From assembly GCA_015065105.1 (NCBI GenBank), contig SVQZ01000009.1, forward strand, positions 7,134-71,133: a stretch of DNA of 64,000 nucleotides, given 5' to 3'. The notes under the pieces are model-generated. The model was not told the DNA's origin. It was given only the letters and a program-made list of their open reading frames with translations, and did no database searches. Numbering within the stretch: the first letter of the stretch is position 1; each line of letters starts with the position of its first letter. A program made the translations under genes and the position numbers. This DNA is from Oscillospiraceae bacterium. Lineage in GTDB: Bacteria > Bacillota > Clostridia > Oscillospirales > CAG-272. Of this stretch, positions 45,271 to 55,821 are shown in pieces.

Positions 45271-46458
45271 ATGAAAACCAAGCTTTTGGCATTGTTAATA
45301 CTGTGTGCACTTTTATTATCCGGCTGTTGCAGCTTTACCCCTTTTAATATAGGAAAAAAAGACAAATCTAAAGAAACAAAAGCCGAGCAAACAACTAAAG
45401 CCGAAGAAATCACAGAAACCGAAGCTTTAGTTGCAGAACCGGACGCATCGGAAACCGAGGATGAGGATATTCCCGTTCCCGTTGATTACGAAACGGTATA
45501 TAATGACGTTATATACGAATGCTGTCAGATTATTTTAAGCGGAGATCCTTCCCTTTCTCCCTTGAACGGTATTGCCGAGAATCTTATGAATGAAGAACCG
45601 GGATTCGCTCTTGAAAATCTCGGTTATGCACTTATCGACGTAAACGGTGATATGATACCCGAGCTTGTTTACGGTGAAGTTTACCAGCCCTATGAATCCT
45701 GCGGCTCATCGATTCTTGCCATGTACTCCATTGTCAACGAAAAACCCGAATTGGTATTTGACGGATGGTCAAGAAGCTCCTATTCTATCGGAAGTAATAA
45801 TAAGATCTATCATAACGGTTCAAACGGAGCGATGTCCGACTGTGTTGCCGAATACACCCTGCCTGTAAATTCAAACGACCTTAAATGTGAAAGATTCTAC
45901 TTTACAGAATACAACATCGCAAGCAATGAACAGGAGTTCTATTATAATTCGCAGGGTGAATGGTCTGTTGATTCGCCATCCTCAAAAAAGATCACCGAAT
46001 ATGAATATAACAACGGACTTTTTTCAATGGATAATCATCCAAAGATAATCGATTTTATATCCTTTTTCAGATATAACTCGGAGCTTGACAACGAAAGCAC
46101 GGTCAAGGTAAGAAGTATAGCGCATTTCTTCAACAATTATGAAAATTATAATATAGTTACCGTTGACAGCGAATACACGGTCAGGGTAGTTCTTACCGTA
46201 AAAGAAAGACTTACCGATTTCGAGCTTTACAGATATACCGAAAAATTCGAGGATGACTCAAGTATTACCCCTGTCAAGGGTGAAACGGTATATACCGATG
46301 ATAGTTTTGAGGAATATGAAGCGTTGGAAATAGAGTTTTCACCCGGTGAGGTGATTCCTACCCTTGCGTTGGACTATACCGACACCAACGGAAATACTGT
46401 CACAAAGATCTTCGTTGAAAGCGGAAAGGACGGAAATATCTATCTTACCGATTCTTAA
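45271..46458 (+). CDS. Hypothetical lipoprotein
   Basis: Signal LLALLILCALLLSGC, an acidic linker, and no family I recognise. Confidence 0.6.
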   Translation: MKTKLLALLILCALLLSGCCSFTPFNIGKKDKSKETKAEQTTKAEEITETEALVAEPDASETEDEDIPVPVDYETVYNDVIYECCQIILSGDPSLSPLNGIAENLMNEEPGFALENLGYALIDVNGDMIPELVYGEVYQPYESCGSSILAMYSIVNEKPELVFDGWSRSSYSIGSNNKIYHNGSNGAMSDCVAEYTLPVNSNDLKCERFYFTEYNIASNEQEFYYNSQGEWSVDSPSSKKITEYEYNNGLFSMDNHPKIIDFISFFRYNSELDNESTVKVRSIAHFFNNYENYNIVTVDSEYTVRVVLTVKERLTDFELYRYTEKFEDDSSITPVKGETVYTDDSFEEYEALEIEFSPGEVIPTLALDYTDTNGNTVTKIFVESGKDGNIYLTDS

Positions 46459-46534
46459 TTCACATTTTATCATTTTGCCAACTATAAAACATAAGCAGGA
46501 AAGGTATAACACCTTCCCTGCTTTTTAATTTCTT

Positions 46535-48655
46535 TTATTCAATTACTACAGTATAATAATTATATGATTCATCATTATACTGCACACAGAAGGTATATGT
46601 TCCGGAATTAAGGTTTATGCTGACCGAATCATTTACGACCTTTGAGGCGGTAACAGTCTTCGAGCCGACTGCATTCTTGATTTGATTGGAGGTTGCATAT
46701 TCACCTTCGGCATATCTTATAACTTTAAGATCGTCAAGGTTAGTAAATGTAACGGTACTTCCCTCCTGTTTCATTTCGGGAGTTTTCTTTTTAACGTTGT
46801 ATTTATACATTACTTCATAACCGTTATTATATACAACCGCTACGGTAACAATACCTTCTTCACGGTACTGAACAGAATAGTTATCCAAGCCTTTAAGCAC
46901 AGTTTTACCCGTAAATGCTCTTGCTCCCTCTGCTCTCTTAACCTCACCGGGGGTATTATACTCACCGTAAGCGGTACGGATAACCTTGATATCGTCAAGA
47001 TTTGCAACGTTGAGCTGTAACCCGTTTTCTGTAAATTCAGGTTCGGTAACGGTAAGCTCAACTGTAATAAACTTATGGGCTCTTGCTGTATCGTCATATC
47101 TTACACATACCGTATATATACCGGGATCGGAAAGAATATAGGTGTAATCATGCTTTGTTCCGATCTTATTCTTTGTTATCTGAACAACGCTGTTTGCTTT
47201 AACATCGGCATAAGTGGTACGTTCACCTTTAGCAATAAAGTAGTCCTTTACACCGTAAAGGTTCTTTACGGTAAGAGTTACACCGTAGGTTTCCACACTT
47301 TGATCCATAACGCTGAGGTCTGCCTTATAAATATATTCAGTACCATCGGTCATTTTTATCCAAAGACTGTAAATTCCGCCGTTTACCATTGTAAGTTTAC
47401 ATATACCTTCTTCGGTATATTCGGAAATTTTTGAAGCGTTAAGGGTTACACAACCTGCAGCGTTCTTGATTTCCGAAGCAGTTGAATACTCACCTAAAGC
47501 ATATCTTATATAACTGATGTTTTCCGCCATAGAAATACTGATATCATAATCAGATACGGTAATTTCAGGTTCACTTACTTCAAGCATGGGAATTTCACGG
47601 CTTTCAAAAGAACCGCATCCTCGTCTGCACTCTCTTCTTTCTACGCCAACCGTTGTAGTTGTAGGTTCTGTTGTCACTACCCACTCAAGCCAGGCATGGC
47701 CAAGCGCCGGTATAGTATCCGTATAACTGTCACCGCAGGAACAGGTATAGGTAATAACACCGTCTTCAGTACATGTAACCAGAGTGGTTATAGCACCGGA
47801 ATAACTATGTTCGTGAGCCGTTAACGTTTTATATGCAATACCGTTTGTTTTACAATAGTTTTCTGCATAAGAGTCTGCATAGCATTCAACGGTTACAGAC
47901 GTAGTATTATTAAATACGTCGGTTTCCATTTTCGTTATACTTTGAGGAAGTGTAATAGTTTTAAGAGATTTACAGTAAGCAAAAGCGGAGCTTCGTATAT
48001 ATGTTACGGTATCGGGAATATTGATTGTTGTAAGTTTTTCACATACTTCAAAAGCACCAAGACCTATTTTCGTTATACCATCCGGCAGACTGATACGCTC
48101 AACAGCTGTACATCCGCTGAATATATAGCCCTCTACTTCAGTAACGGAAGCGGGATAATCAATTTCTTTAAGGGCGGTACATTGAGCAAAAGCCATATTA
48201 CGGATACGAGTTACACTATCGGGTATATATACCCTTTCAAGATTTGGATTATATGCAATAGCAATAAGACCTATAGTTTCAAGTCCTTCGGGCAAGGTTA
48301 AGCTTTTAAGCGCAGTACAGTCTCTTATTGCTTCGTCGCCGATAGACACAAGACCGCTTTTCGGGAAAGTGATCGAAGTAAGAGCGACACATTCGTAAAA
48401 AGCGTAATTACCAAGGGTTGTAACGCCGTCCTTGATTACAACAGACTTTATAGACGTTCTGCTGTCATACCAGGGCGCCTTTTCAAAGTAACTGTAGTTA
48501 TTCATAGCGCCGTTACCGGAAATAGTAAGCGTACCGCCTGAAAGTGACCACGTAAGACCTGCTCCGCAACTACCGGACGCTGCAGAAAGGTTAAGCCACG
48601 TCATCATTGGTATAAGCATTAATACGATTAGTGTAAATGATAAGATCTTTTTCAT
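46535..48655 (-). CDS. Secreted leucine-rich-repeat (BspA-like) protein with C-terminal repeated modules
   Basis: Signal peptide from ATG 48655 (GGAGG upstream). Multiple I..IGD.AF..C..L..I.IP repeats, a Cys-rich segment, then 3-4 modules sharing the (I/V)R.A.GEY.T..EIK.A.G motif. Confidence 0.8.
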   Translation of the reverse strand: MKKILSFTLIVLMLIPMMTWLNLSAASGSCGAGLTWSLSGGTLTISGNGAMNNYSYFEKAPWYDSRTSIKSVVIKDGVTTLGNYAFYECVALTSITFPKSGLVSIGDEAIRDCTALKSLTLPEGLETIGLIAIAYNPNLERVYIPDSVTRIRNMAFAQCTALKEIDYPASVTEVEGYIFSGCTAVERISLPDGITKIGLGAFEVCEKLTTINIPDTVTYIRSSAFAYCKSLKTITLPQSITKMETDVFNNTTSVTVECYADSYAENYCKTNGIAYKTLTAHEHSYSGAITTLVTCTEDGVITYTCSCGDSYTDTIPALGHAWLEWVVTTEPTTTTVGVERRECRRGCGSFESREIPMLEVSEPEITVSDYDISISMAENISYIRYALGEYSTASEIKNAAGCVTLNASKISEYTEEGICKLTMVNGGIYSLWIKMTDGTEYIYKADLSVMDQSVETYGVTLTVKNLYGVKDYFIAKGERTTYADVKANSVVQITKNKIGTKHDYTYILSDPGIYTVCVRYDDTARAHKFITVELTVTEPEFTENGLQLNVANLDDIKVIRTAYGEYNTPGEVKRAEGARAFTGKTVLKGLDNYSVQYREEGIVTVAVVYNNGYEVMYKYNVKKKTPEMKQEGSTVTFTNLDDLKVIRYAEGEYATSNQIKNAVGSKTVTASKVVNDSVSINLNSGTYTFCVQYNDESYNYYTVVIE

Positions 48656-48777
48656 AATTACCTCCTGAATATCTAAAATAATTTTATCACCACAAGCAAA
48701 ATATGTCAATATCATATACTTTTAATTAATAAGTCTATTGGGTAGAAAACGGCCCGCTTTCGCAGACCGTCAATCAT

Positions 48778-49707
48778 TTAATTATAAAATTCATTAACAA
48801 ACCAAATAGAATCGGGATCGATCATATATTCCTTACCGTCAATTATGGTACAGTAAGAGCACAGCGCCTGATATTTATAGCCCTGCTTTTTATCATCTCG
48901 GTTAATACCGTATTTACCGTCACCGAGTAAGGGGTGACCGATATGCGCCATGTGAGCACGTATCTGATGTGTCCTGCCGGTTAAAAGTTCAACCTCTAAA
49001 AGCGATAGTCCGTTTTTGGATTCAAGAACCTTATACTTCGTTTTAATGCTTTTGGCATCACCGTATTTAGGCTCTTTATCAAAAACCTTTACGGTATTGG
49101 TTTTGGAATCCTTAATAAGATAGCCGCTTAAGGTATCTTCCCTTTTCTTTGGAATTCCGTGAACGATGCAAAGATACTTCTTATCAATAAGTCTGTGCTT
49201 GATCTTATGGTTAAGGTCACGAAGAGTCTCGGCATTCTTTGCCGCAATAACAATACCGCAGGTGTTTCTGTCTATACGGTTACATAGAGAGGGTGCAAAG
49301 GAGCTTTCCTCCTCAGGTTTATATTCTCCGCTGCGGTAAAGGTATGCCTTTATATGATTGATAAGGGTATCCCGCTCTTCCCTTTCATCAGGAATACAGC
49401 TCATACCAACCTTTTTGTTTACAAGGATCATATTTTCATCCTCATAAACTATATCTATCTTCGGTATCAGCTTCATGAAATATTCTTCTGTATCACCGCA
49501 AGCAAAAAACTCCTCGGCAATAAACATAAGAACAACGTCACCCTCGCATAGCATCTGATTTGCTTCAGCCCGCTTACGGTTTACCTTTATCTTTTTGGTA
49601 CGTATCGCCTTATAGATAAGGGACTTGGGCATATTGAGTGTTGCTTTTTCAATAAACTTATCAAGCCTTTGTCCCGCATCGTTTTTCTTTATCTGAAATT
49701 CTCTCAC
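48778..49707 (-). CDS. RluA-family pseudouridine synthase with an S4 domain
   Basis: RLDKF (S4 domain), NRIDRNTCG, and GRTHQIRAHMAHIGHPLLGDGKYG. The GTG start directly follows the upp stop. Confidence 0.85.
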   Translation of the reverse strand: MREFQIKKNDAGQRLDKFIEKATLNMPKSLIYKAIRTKKIKVNRKRAEANQMLCEGDVVLMFIAEEFFACGDTEEYFMKLIPKIDIVYEDENMILVNKKVGMSCIPDEREERDTLINHIKAYLYRSGEYKPEEESSFAPSLCNRIDRNTCGIVIAAKNAETLRDLNHKIKHRLIDKKYLCIVHGIPKKREDTLSGYLIKDSKTNTVKVFDKEPKYGDAKSIKTKYKVLESKNGLSLLEVELLTGRTHQIRAHMAHIGHPLLGDGKYGINRDDKKQGYKYQALCSYCTIIDGKEYMIDPDSIWFVNEFYN

Positions 49708-50337
49708 TTACTTTGTTCCGAAAATTCTGTCGCCTGCGTCACCCAAGCCGGGAACGATATATGCATGCTCGTTGAGCTTTTCGTCAAGAGCGGCAGTATA
49801 TATATCAACGTCAGGGTGATCGGCCTGAACCTTTGCAACGCCTTCAGGTGCGGCAACAAGGCACATAAGACGGATATTATTACAGCCTCTTTCCTTGATC
49901 TTTGTAATAGCATCGGATGCAGAGCCGCCTGTTGCAAGCATGGGGTCGGTTATAATAACGAGTCTCTGGTCGATATCGTAAGGAAGCTTGCAGTAATACT
50001 CTACAGGCTCATGGGTATCGGGATCACGGTAAAGACCGATATGGCCTACCTTTGCAACGGGAACAAGAGAAAGAAGACCGTCAACCATTCCAAGGCCTGC
50101 ACGAAGAACGGGAACGATAGCAAGCTTCTTGCCGTCGATGTAATGGCCTGCCATCTTACAGATGGGGGTCTCTATTTCAACGTCGTTCAAGGGAAGATCT
50201 CTTGTAAGCTCATATCCCATAAGTAAAGATATTTCGTTTAAAAGAGTTCTGAATTCTCTTGTACCTGTCTGCTTTTTTCTCATTATAGTAAGCTTATGTG
50301 TAATAAGAGGATGATCAACAACGTGTAAAGTACTCAT
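49708..50337 (-). CDS. upp: Uracil phosphoribosyltransferase
   Basis: VVDHPLI.HKLT..R and [24 protein letters not shown]. Start at ATG 50337 (AAGGAG upstream). Confidence 0.92.
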   Translation of the reverse strand: MSTLHVVDHPLITHKLTIMRKKQTGTREFRTLLNEISLLMGYELTRDLPLNDVEIETPICKMAGHYIDGKKLAIVPVLRAGLGMVDGLLSLVPVAKVGHIGLYRDPDTHEPVEYYCKLPYDIDQRLVIITDPMLATGGSASDAITKIKERGCNNIRLMCLVAAPEGVAKVQADHPDVDIYTAALDEKLNEHAYIVPGLGDAGDRIFGTK

Positions 50338-50467
50338 TTTAACGTCTCCTTTATATTTGATACATTCATTATACTCCATTTTCGACATTTTTTCAAGTGG
50401 TTATAAAAAACTATTTACTTTAAGCGAAAATAATGATAAAATATATCTACCGCAAAAGGAGAATGAT

Positions 50468-51730
50468 ATGAACTTCAGTATATACACCCTCGGCTGCCGT
50501 GTTAATCAGTACGAAAGCCGTGTTATTGCACAAGAGCTTTGCGAAAAGGGTTTTTCGGAAAGCTCCTTTAACGAAAAATGCGATATTTATATAATAAACA
50601 CCTGCGCTGTAACTCAGGAAAGCGTTCGTAAATCCCGCCAGATGATACGAAGAGCAAAAAAGCATAATCCAAGCTCCAAAGTAATAGTAACGGGATGCTT
50701 TTCACAGATCTCCCCCGATAAGGTCGAGGAGTTAGGAAACGCCGACTATATTACAGGAAACAATCAAAAGATATCCTCTGTGATCTCTTCGATATTAAAT
50801 GAAAACCCAAAAAAGCTTTTATGGGACGATTTTGAAAATACAGAATACGAGAACTATATCCTCAAAGCACCTACACGCTACCGCGAGTATATTAAGATCC
50901 AGGACGGATGCCGCGGAAAATGCGCGTATTGCGTGATCCCCCGTGCAAGAGGTCCGATTCGCTCCAAGCCCCGCGAATCTGTTATAGAAGAAGTAAAGCT
51001 GCTTGCCTCCAAAGGGGTAAAAGAGCTTATTTTAACAGGTATTGAAATAGCCTCCTATGAATATGACCTTCCTTCCCTGCTCACAGAGCTGAACACAATA
51101 AAGGGAATTGAACGGATATCTCTCGGCTCTCTTGAGCCCACCCTTATAACAGAAGCGTTTGCAAAAACTCTTGCAAACGTGACCAAGCTTACACCTCATT
51201 TCCATATTTCTGTTCAAAGCGGATCCACCACCGTACTAAACAGAATGAGAAGGAAGTACAACGTACAGAGACTTGAAAAAAGCTTAGAATATTTAAGGAA
51301 CGAGTTCCCTTATTTACAGCTTACCTGCGATATCATAGTAGGCTTTCCCGGTGAAACAAAGGAGGAATTTGAAGAAACAAAGGCTTTTTTACAAAGAAAC
51401 AGGTTCCTACATGCACACATATTTCCTTATTCTGTCCGACCCGAAACTGCGGCGGCAGATATGCCCGATCAGATCCCCGAGAAGATAAAAGCTCAAAGAG
51501 CCGCAGAGCTTGACAGCTTACAAAAGGAGATAAAGGCTGAGATTTTAAGCAAGGAGCTTTCCAAAAGAGCTCTCGTTCCCGTACTATTTGAAGCCTTTGA
51601 GAACGGCATTGCTCAAGGGCACAGCGACAATTACATCGAATACCTGGTACACTCGGAAAGGGATCTGACAGGAAAAATAGTTAAAGTTAGACCCATATCG
51701 GTCGAAAATGAGGTAATAACAGCAGAATAA
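50468..51730 (+). CDS. mtaB: tRNA methylthiotransferase, MtaB-like (radical SAM)
   Basis: YTLGCRVNQYES, radical-SAM CRGKCAYCVIP, and a TRAM-like C-terminus. Start at ATG 50468 (AAGGAG upstream). Confidence 0.8.
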   Translation: MNFSIYTLGCRVNQYESRVIAQELCEKGFSESSFNEKCDIYIINTCAVTQESVRKSRQMIRRAKKHNPSSKVIVTGCFSQISPDKVEELGNADYITGNNQKISSVISSILNENPKKLLWDDFENTEYENYILKAPTRYREYIKIQDGCRGKCAYCVIPRARGPIRSKPRESVIEEVKLLASKGVKELILTGIEIASYEYDLPSLLTELNTIKGIERISLGSLEPTLITEAFAKTLANVTKLTPHFHISVQSGSTTVLNRMRRKYNVQRLEKSLEYLRNEFPYLQLTCDIIVGFPGETKEEFEETKAFLQRNRFLHAHIFPYSVRPETAAADMPDQIPEKIKAQRAAELDSLQKEIKAEILSKELSKRALVPVLFEAFENGIAQGHSDNYIEYLVHSERDLTGKIVKVRPISVENEVITAE

Positions 51731-51797
51731 TATCTTCCCCGTTAACCTATATCGGTATAAAGAATATACTGATATTAAAACTAACGGGGAGATTTTT

Positions 51798-52298
51798 ATG
51801 AATATGAATTGCAGATCAGATATACCGTATCCGCCTTTGGCGGTTGAGGGAAAGAACAAAAGGTATGCCGATATATTAATGCCGTTATATATAGGCTCGG
51901 GAGGAGAGCTTACCTCCCTTTCGTCCTATGCCTACCAGGCTCTTATTACAGAACCAAAGGACAAAAGGCTTTCAGACATATTGGAATGTATTTCGCTTAC
52001 GGAGATGACACATTTCAGAATGCTCGGCAAGCTTATAGTCAAATTAGGCGGGGATCCGGTATTATACATACCCTATAACAAAAACAGACGTCAATATTGG
52101 AATTCCTCATTTTGCGATAATATATATGACCAAAGAGCTTTTATTAATTCTAATATCAGTTCGGAAAAAAAGGCTGTAGAAAACTATAAAAGAGCTTATG
52201 AGCTGATAAACGACCGCTTCATCCGTGACGTTATAAAAAGAATTATCATAGACGAAGAACATCATATAAAGATATTCAAGGAACTTTCGGATAATTAA
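51798..52298 (+). CDS. Ferritin-like (Mn-catalase / CotJC-like) di-metal protein
   Basis: GELTSLSSYAYQ, EMTHFRML, EKKAVENY and DEEHHIKIF match the E/ExxH helices of the CotJC/Mn-catalase family. Confidence 0.6.
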   Translation: MNMNCRSDIPYPPLAVEGKNKRYADILMPLYIGSGGELTSLSSYAYQALITEPKDKRLSDILECISLTEMTHFRMLGKLIVKLGGDPVLYIPYNKNRRQYWNSSFCDNIYDQRAFINSNISSEKKAVENYKRAYELINDRFIRDVIKRIIIDEEHHIKIFKELSDN

Positions 52299-52320
52299 AG
52301 GAGGGCAAACGCCCTCCTTT
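52297..52320. terminator. Bidirectional terminator shared by convergent genes
   Basis: 10-bp stem aaaggagggc/gccctccttt overlapping both stop codons. Confidence 0.7.
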
Positions 52321-53938
52321 ATCTTGTCAGGAAATAGGTTTTATCGTTCACAAAACAATAAAGATTCATGGAATCAACACCGGTAAAAGTAATTTTAAAT
52401 ACATCTGCGACCCACTCGGAATTTTCGTTAAGGAAAACCACCGTCTGTTCCTTTACGTCATAATAGCTATGAGCGACCTCCGGAACAGGGAGAGTGTATG
52501 AAATACTTATTCCGCCGTTTTCGTTAATATAGAATCTGATATACTCACTGCCCGAGCTCCATTTACCAAGCATAAAATACTTGATCTTACCATTAGTAAA
52601 TAAAGCCGGTCTTATATTTTCGTATTGCCAAAGAGTACTGAAATCACAGCTTTCATAATCCACGTCTTCTCCCAGAATAGCCAACATTTCCTTTGTTTCG
52701 GGATATTCGAAGGGCAACGCCTCAAGTAATGCTGTATAATAGTAACAGTCCTTATCTACCGAATAATTTTTAAGAAAATCGGCATAGACTCGCTCATATA
52801 TCATATCGGAGATCTCGTTGTCGTTTATTGTATAAGGATATCCGCAGTAATGCTCTGCAGACAGAACGTGGTCGGCCCAATCATAAACCATCCTGCTCTC
52901 GAAATGCTTGATGGTATATTTTTCAAGAGCGTTATATGCATCAACAGCTTCGTAATACTTGTGATCGTTATATAAATAAATAACATGGATCACATCGATC
53001 ATATAGATCTTCTTATTATAATAAGAATCGGGAAGATAACGGACAACGTTGCCGTGATTGTAGGTATATTCAGGAAAATCCTCTTTGGATATCTTCTTTT
53101 TGAGATCCTTTTCAACAACCGAAAAATATGCATCTGCCGCTTCATTGTCATCTTCCAGTATATCGGTAATATTCATCTTTGCAGCCTGCGAAAGATCAGA
53201 TGCGTCATCAAGCATCGATTCTGCCCATTTTTCTATGCATTCGATTCTCTTAGTACTTGAATCCTTAATATCATTTTCAGCAAAATAGTAGTATGCTTCA
53301 TAATATTTACCGCTGCTTATTTTATCTACGTTTTTATTATATTCGCTTATTGCGGCAAAATTGTAGATAAGAATAATACCTGCTATAATAACAACAACAG
53401 CAAGGGAGATAAATACAATTTTGAAAATACGGCTTATTTTTCCTTTTTTTGAGCACTCGAACTCGTATAACTTATTTTTTACGGTAACCTTTAACTCATT
53501 TGAATCTTTATAATCGGGAATTTGTTCAAAATACCTTTGTGCCTGCAAAAGCTTTTGTTTATTCTCTTTTGAAGGCGCATTTGCCGATTCTAAAAGCTGT
53601 ACGCCCCTTTGATATATCTGCTCGATAATATTCCTTCTTATTTCTGTCAATATACTCTGTATCTCGGTTTTTCGCTCATCCTTTGCAAAGCGAAGAAAGT
53701 TCCGATAGTTGAGATTATTTGTAAAATCCACATTCTTTTCCTTAAGTGCGTCAACGCCTGTAACCTTAAGACTCCACATAAGCTTTATCAGGTAACCCTC
53801 TGCCTCCTCGGGGTCATTATTTAAAACGTCCTCGGAAAGCTTAAATGCCTCGTCCCATTGCTTATCGGACAAAGCAATATATGCTCTTTTGATAATATTC
53901 TCCGTTATTACGGAATTCTGTTCACTCATATGCGTCAT
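52319..53938 (-). CDS. Hypothetical single-pass membrane protein with an N-terminal TPR-like region
   Basis: 539-aa ORF with a TM helix IFKIVFISLAVVVIIAGIILIY. The start may be ATG 53929. No family recognised. Confidence 0.55.
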   Translation of the reverse strand: MTHMSEQNSVITENIIKRAYIALSDKQWDEAFKLSEDVLNNDPEEAEGYLIKLMWSLKVTGVDALKEKNVDFTNNLNYRNFLRFAKDERKTEIQSILTEIRRNIIEQIYQRGVQLLESANAPSKENKQKLLQAQRYFEQIPDYKDSNELKVTVKNKLYEFECSKKGKISRIFKIVFISLAVVVIIAGIILIYNFAAISEYNKNVDKISSGKYYEAYYYFAENDIKDSSTKRIECIEKWAESMLDDASDLSQAAKMNITDILEDDNEAADAYFSVVEKDLKKKISKEDFPEYTYNHGNVVRYLPDSYYNKKIYMIDVIHVIYLYNDHKYYEAVDAYNALEKYTIKHFESRMVYDWADHVLSAEHYCGYPYTINDNEISDMIYERVYADFLKNYSVDKDCYYYTALLEALPFEYPETKEMLAILGEDVDYESCDFSTLWQYENIRPALFTNGKIKYFMLGKWSSGSEYIRFYINENGGISISYTLPVPEVAHSYYDVKEQTVVFLNENSEWVADVFKITFTGVDSMNLYCFVNDKTYFLTR

Positions 53939-54048
53939 CCTTTATATTTAATATTTGTTATTATATCATACTTTGACAAATATTGCAACACAGCTTTGAA
54001 TAAAAAAACATTCCCTATCATATAATGTAACAACAAAATTAAGGGTCG

Positions 54049-54312
54049 GTGCATTATATGATAGAATTTGACACACAAAGAAGATGTATTGTTCTTGCGG
54101 AATATATGGTTGAAAATAATGCCACGGTAAGAGGCTGTGCCGCTGTTTTCGGAGTAAGCAAATCTACCGTACATAAGGATATAACCGAAAGGCTTAAATG
54201 CTATGACAGAAAGCTCTATGATGAGGTAAAGCTTCTGCTTGAACGGAACAAGGCCGAACGGCATCTCCGAGGGGGAGAAGCAACACGAAAAAAGTTTCTT
54301 TTATCAAACTGA
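54049..54312 (+). CDS. spoIIID: Sporulation transcriptional regulator SpoIIID
   Basis: ATVRGCAAVFGVSKSTVHKDITERL...ERHLRGGEATRKKF aligns with Bacillus SpoIIID. GTG 54049 or ATG 54058 could be the start. Confidence 0.9.
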   Translation: MHYMIEFDTQRRCIVLAEYMVENNATVRGCAAVFGVSKSTVHKDITERLKCYDRKLYDEVKLLLERNKAERHLRGGEATRKKFLLSN

Positions 54313-54342
54313 CTGTTACTTTTATGTAACAGTCAGTTTTCT
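54307..54342 (+). terminator. Terminator after spoIIID
   Basis: 13-bp stem aactgactgttac/gtaacagtcagtt (the stop codon is inside the stem), then TTTT. Confidence 0.75.
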
Positions 54343-54435
54343 CTCTTTTTCGCATATAACGGGCTGTATAATAGCTTATGCATAGGGTACTTACTCCCTC
54401 TCTGCATAGAAATTAATTATTAAGGAATATTTAAA

Positions 54436-55821
54436 ATGGATATAACAATAGTTTCCGATTCACTTTTTTCTACCTCCCCCTCTGCCCTTGCCAAGGCTCT
54501 GCACTCCAACGGCCATAACGTTAACATGGTACTTCCCTTTTACGAATATGAGCTTCAGAAGCAAAGATCAAAGCTTAATTCTTTAGGCAGCTTTAACATG
54601 AATATGCCCTTCGGCTGTATCAGGATAACGCTTTTACATTCCTATATCGAAGGTATCTCCTGCTTCTTTATTGCCAACACCTATTATTTTGAAAAATTGC
54701 AAAAACGTTCGGCTTACGATGAAGCCGAGGCAATATCGGTATTCTGTCATGCAGTACTTGAACTGTTTAACTATACACAGTATTTCCCGCAGTATATTTT
54801 TACAGATTCCCATAAGACTGCCTTTATACCGGCACTGCTGAAGCTGAAATACAGATATATTGACGGATATGAATCTATAAAGACGTTTCATTATATAAAC
54901 GAAAACAAATACGGTATATACAACCGAGCCTTTTCCTACAGCGTTTTCGGGATAGACAAGGATGCCGCCCATATTCTTACCTCCTCAAATGAAATAAATC
55001 TTACCCGCGCCGCCATAATATGCTCCTCAAGGATATTTCTCGGTGAGAATGCCGCATCTATTCTATACGATAAGAATTCAAGCATACACCATGCCGCGCT
55101 CCAATTCGGCTTCAAGCTCCGAAAGCTGAGAATGGGGATAGACTATTCACTTTTTGATCCTGAAAGAGATCCCGAAATACAAAAGAACTATTCCTCGGCC
55201 GCACTTTGTGATAAGCTACAGAATAAGCTTCTGATCCAGCGTCATTACGGATTAAAGCAGGACGAAAATATTCCTCTTATCACGGTATATCCCTGCCGTG
55301 TAAAGGAGATATCACAAAGAATCATCAAGGAGATCTCAAGAGGAGACGTACAAATGATAATTCTGAATCTTAACTCTCCTCAAAGCCGTATCTCCAAGCC
55401 CGAGCATTCCTGTATCTCACAAAAGACCGTATTTGAAGAAACGCTTGATATATTAAGCTTAAAAAACCTGTTTTCCGCATCTGACATTGCAGTTTTCGGC
55501 GGTTTTGAATCCCCGTACGGAAACCCATCCTTTATAGCATCTGCCTACGGATGTGTTCCCGTTATACCCACACAGAGGTATTTTGATCTCGGCATATCCT
55601 ATTTTAACAAAATAACCCTTGAAGGAAACGGCTATACCTATGATATGCATATACCCAAGGATATCATATATACCCTCTGGGATGCTTTAGGGGTTTACCG
55701 TCATGACAAAAAGACATTTAATAAGCTTATGCAGATCTGTATGAAAAAGGACTTTTCGGTCAATTCCGCTCTTAAAGCAATAGAGCAGGAAACCGAAAAG
55801 TCCCCGTATTATCAAAATTAG
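54436..55821 (+). CDS. Glycogen/starch-synthase-like (GT5) protein lacking the canonical active-site motifs
   Basis: GlgA-like layout (GHNVNMVLPFY, MGIDYSLFDPERDP, FESPYG..YGCVPVI), but STSPSA replaces KTGGL and no GGL.DTV motif is present. Confidence 0.6.
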   Translation: MDITIVSDSLFSTSPSALAKALHSNGHNVNMVLPFYEYELQKQRSKLNSLGSFNMNMPFGCIRITLLHSYIEGISCFFIANTYYFEKLQKRSAYDEAEAISVFCHAVLELFNYTQYFPQYIFTDSHKTAFIPALLKLKYRYIDGYESIKTFHYINENKYGIYNRAFSYSVFGIDKDAAHILTSSNEINLTRAAIICSSRIFLGENAASILYDKNSSIHHAALQFGFKLRKLRMGIDYSLFDPERDPEIQKNYSSAALCDKLQNKLLIQRHYGLKQDENIPLITVYPCRVKEISQRIIKEISRGDVQMIILNLNSPQSRISKPEHSCISQKTVFEETLDILSLKNLFSASDIAVFGGFESPYGNPSFIASAYGCVPVIPTQRYFDLGISYFNKITLEGNGYTYDMHIPKDIIYTLWDALGVYRHDKKTFNKLMQICMKKDFSVNSALKAIEQETEKSPYYQN

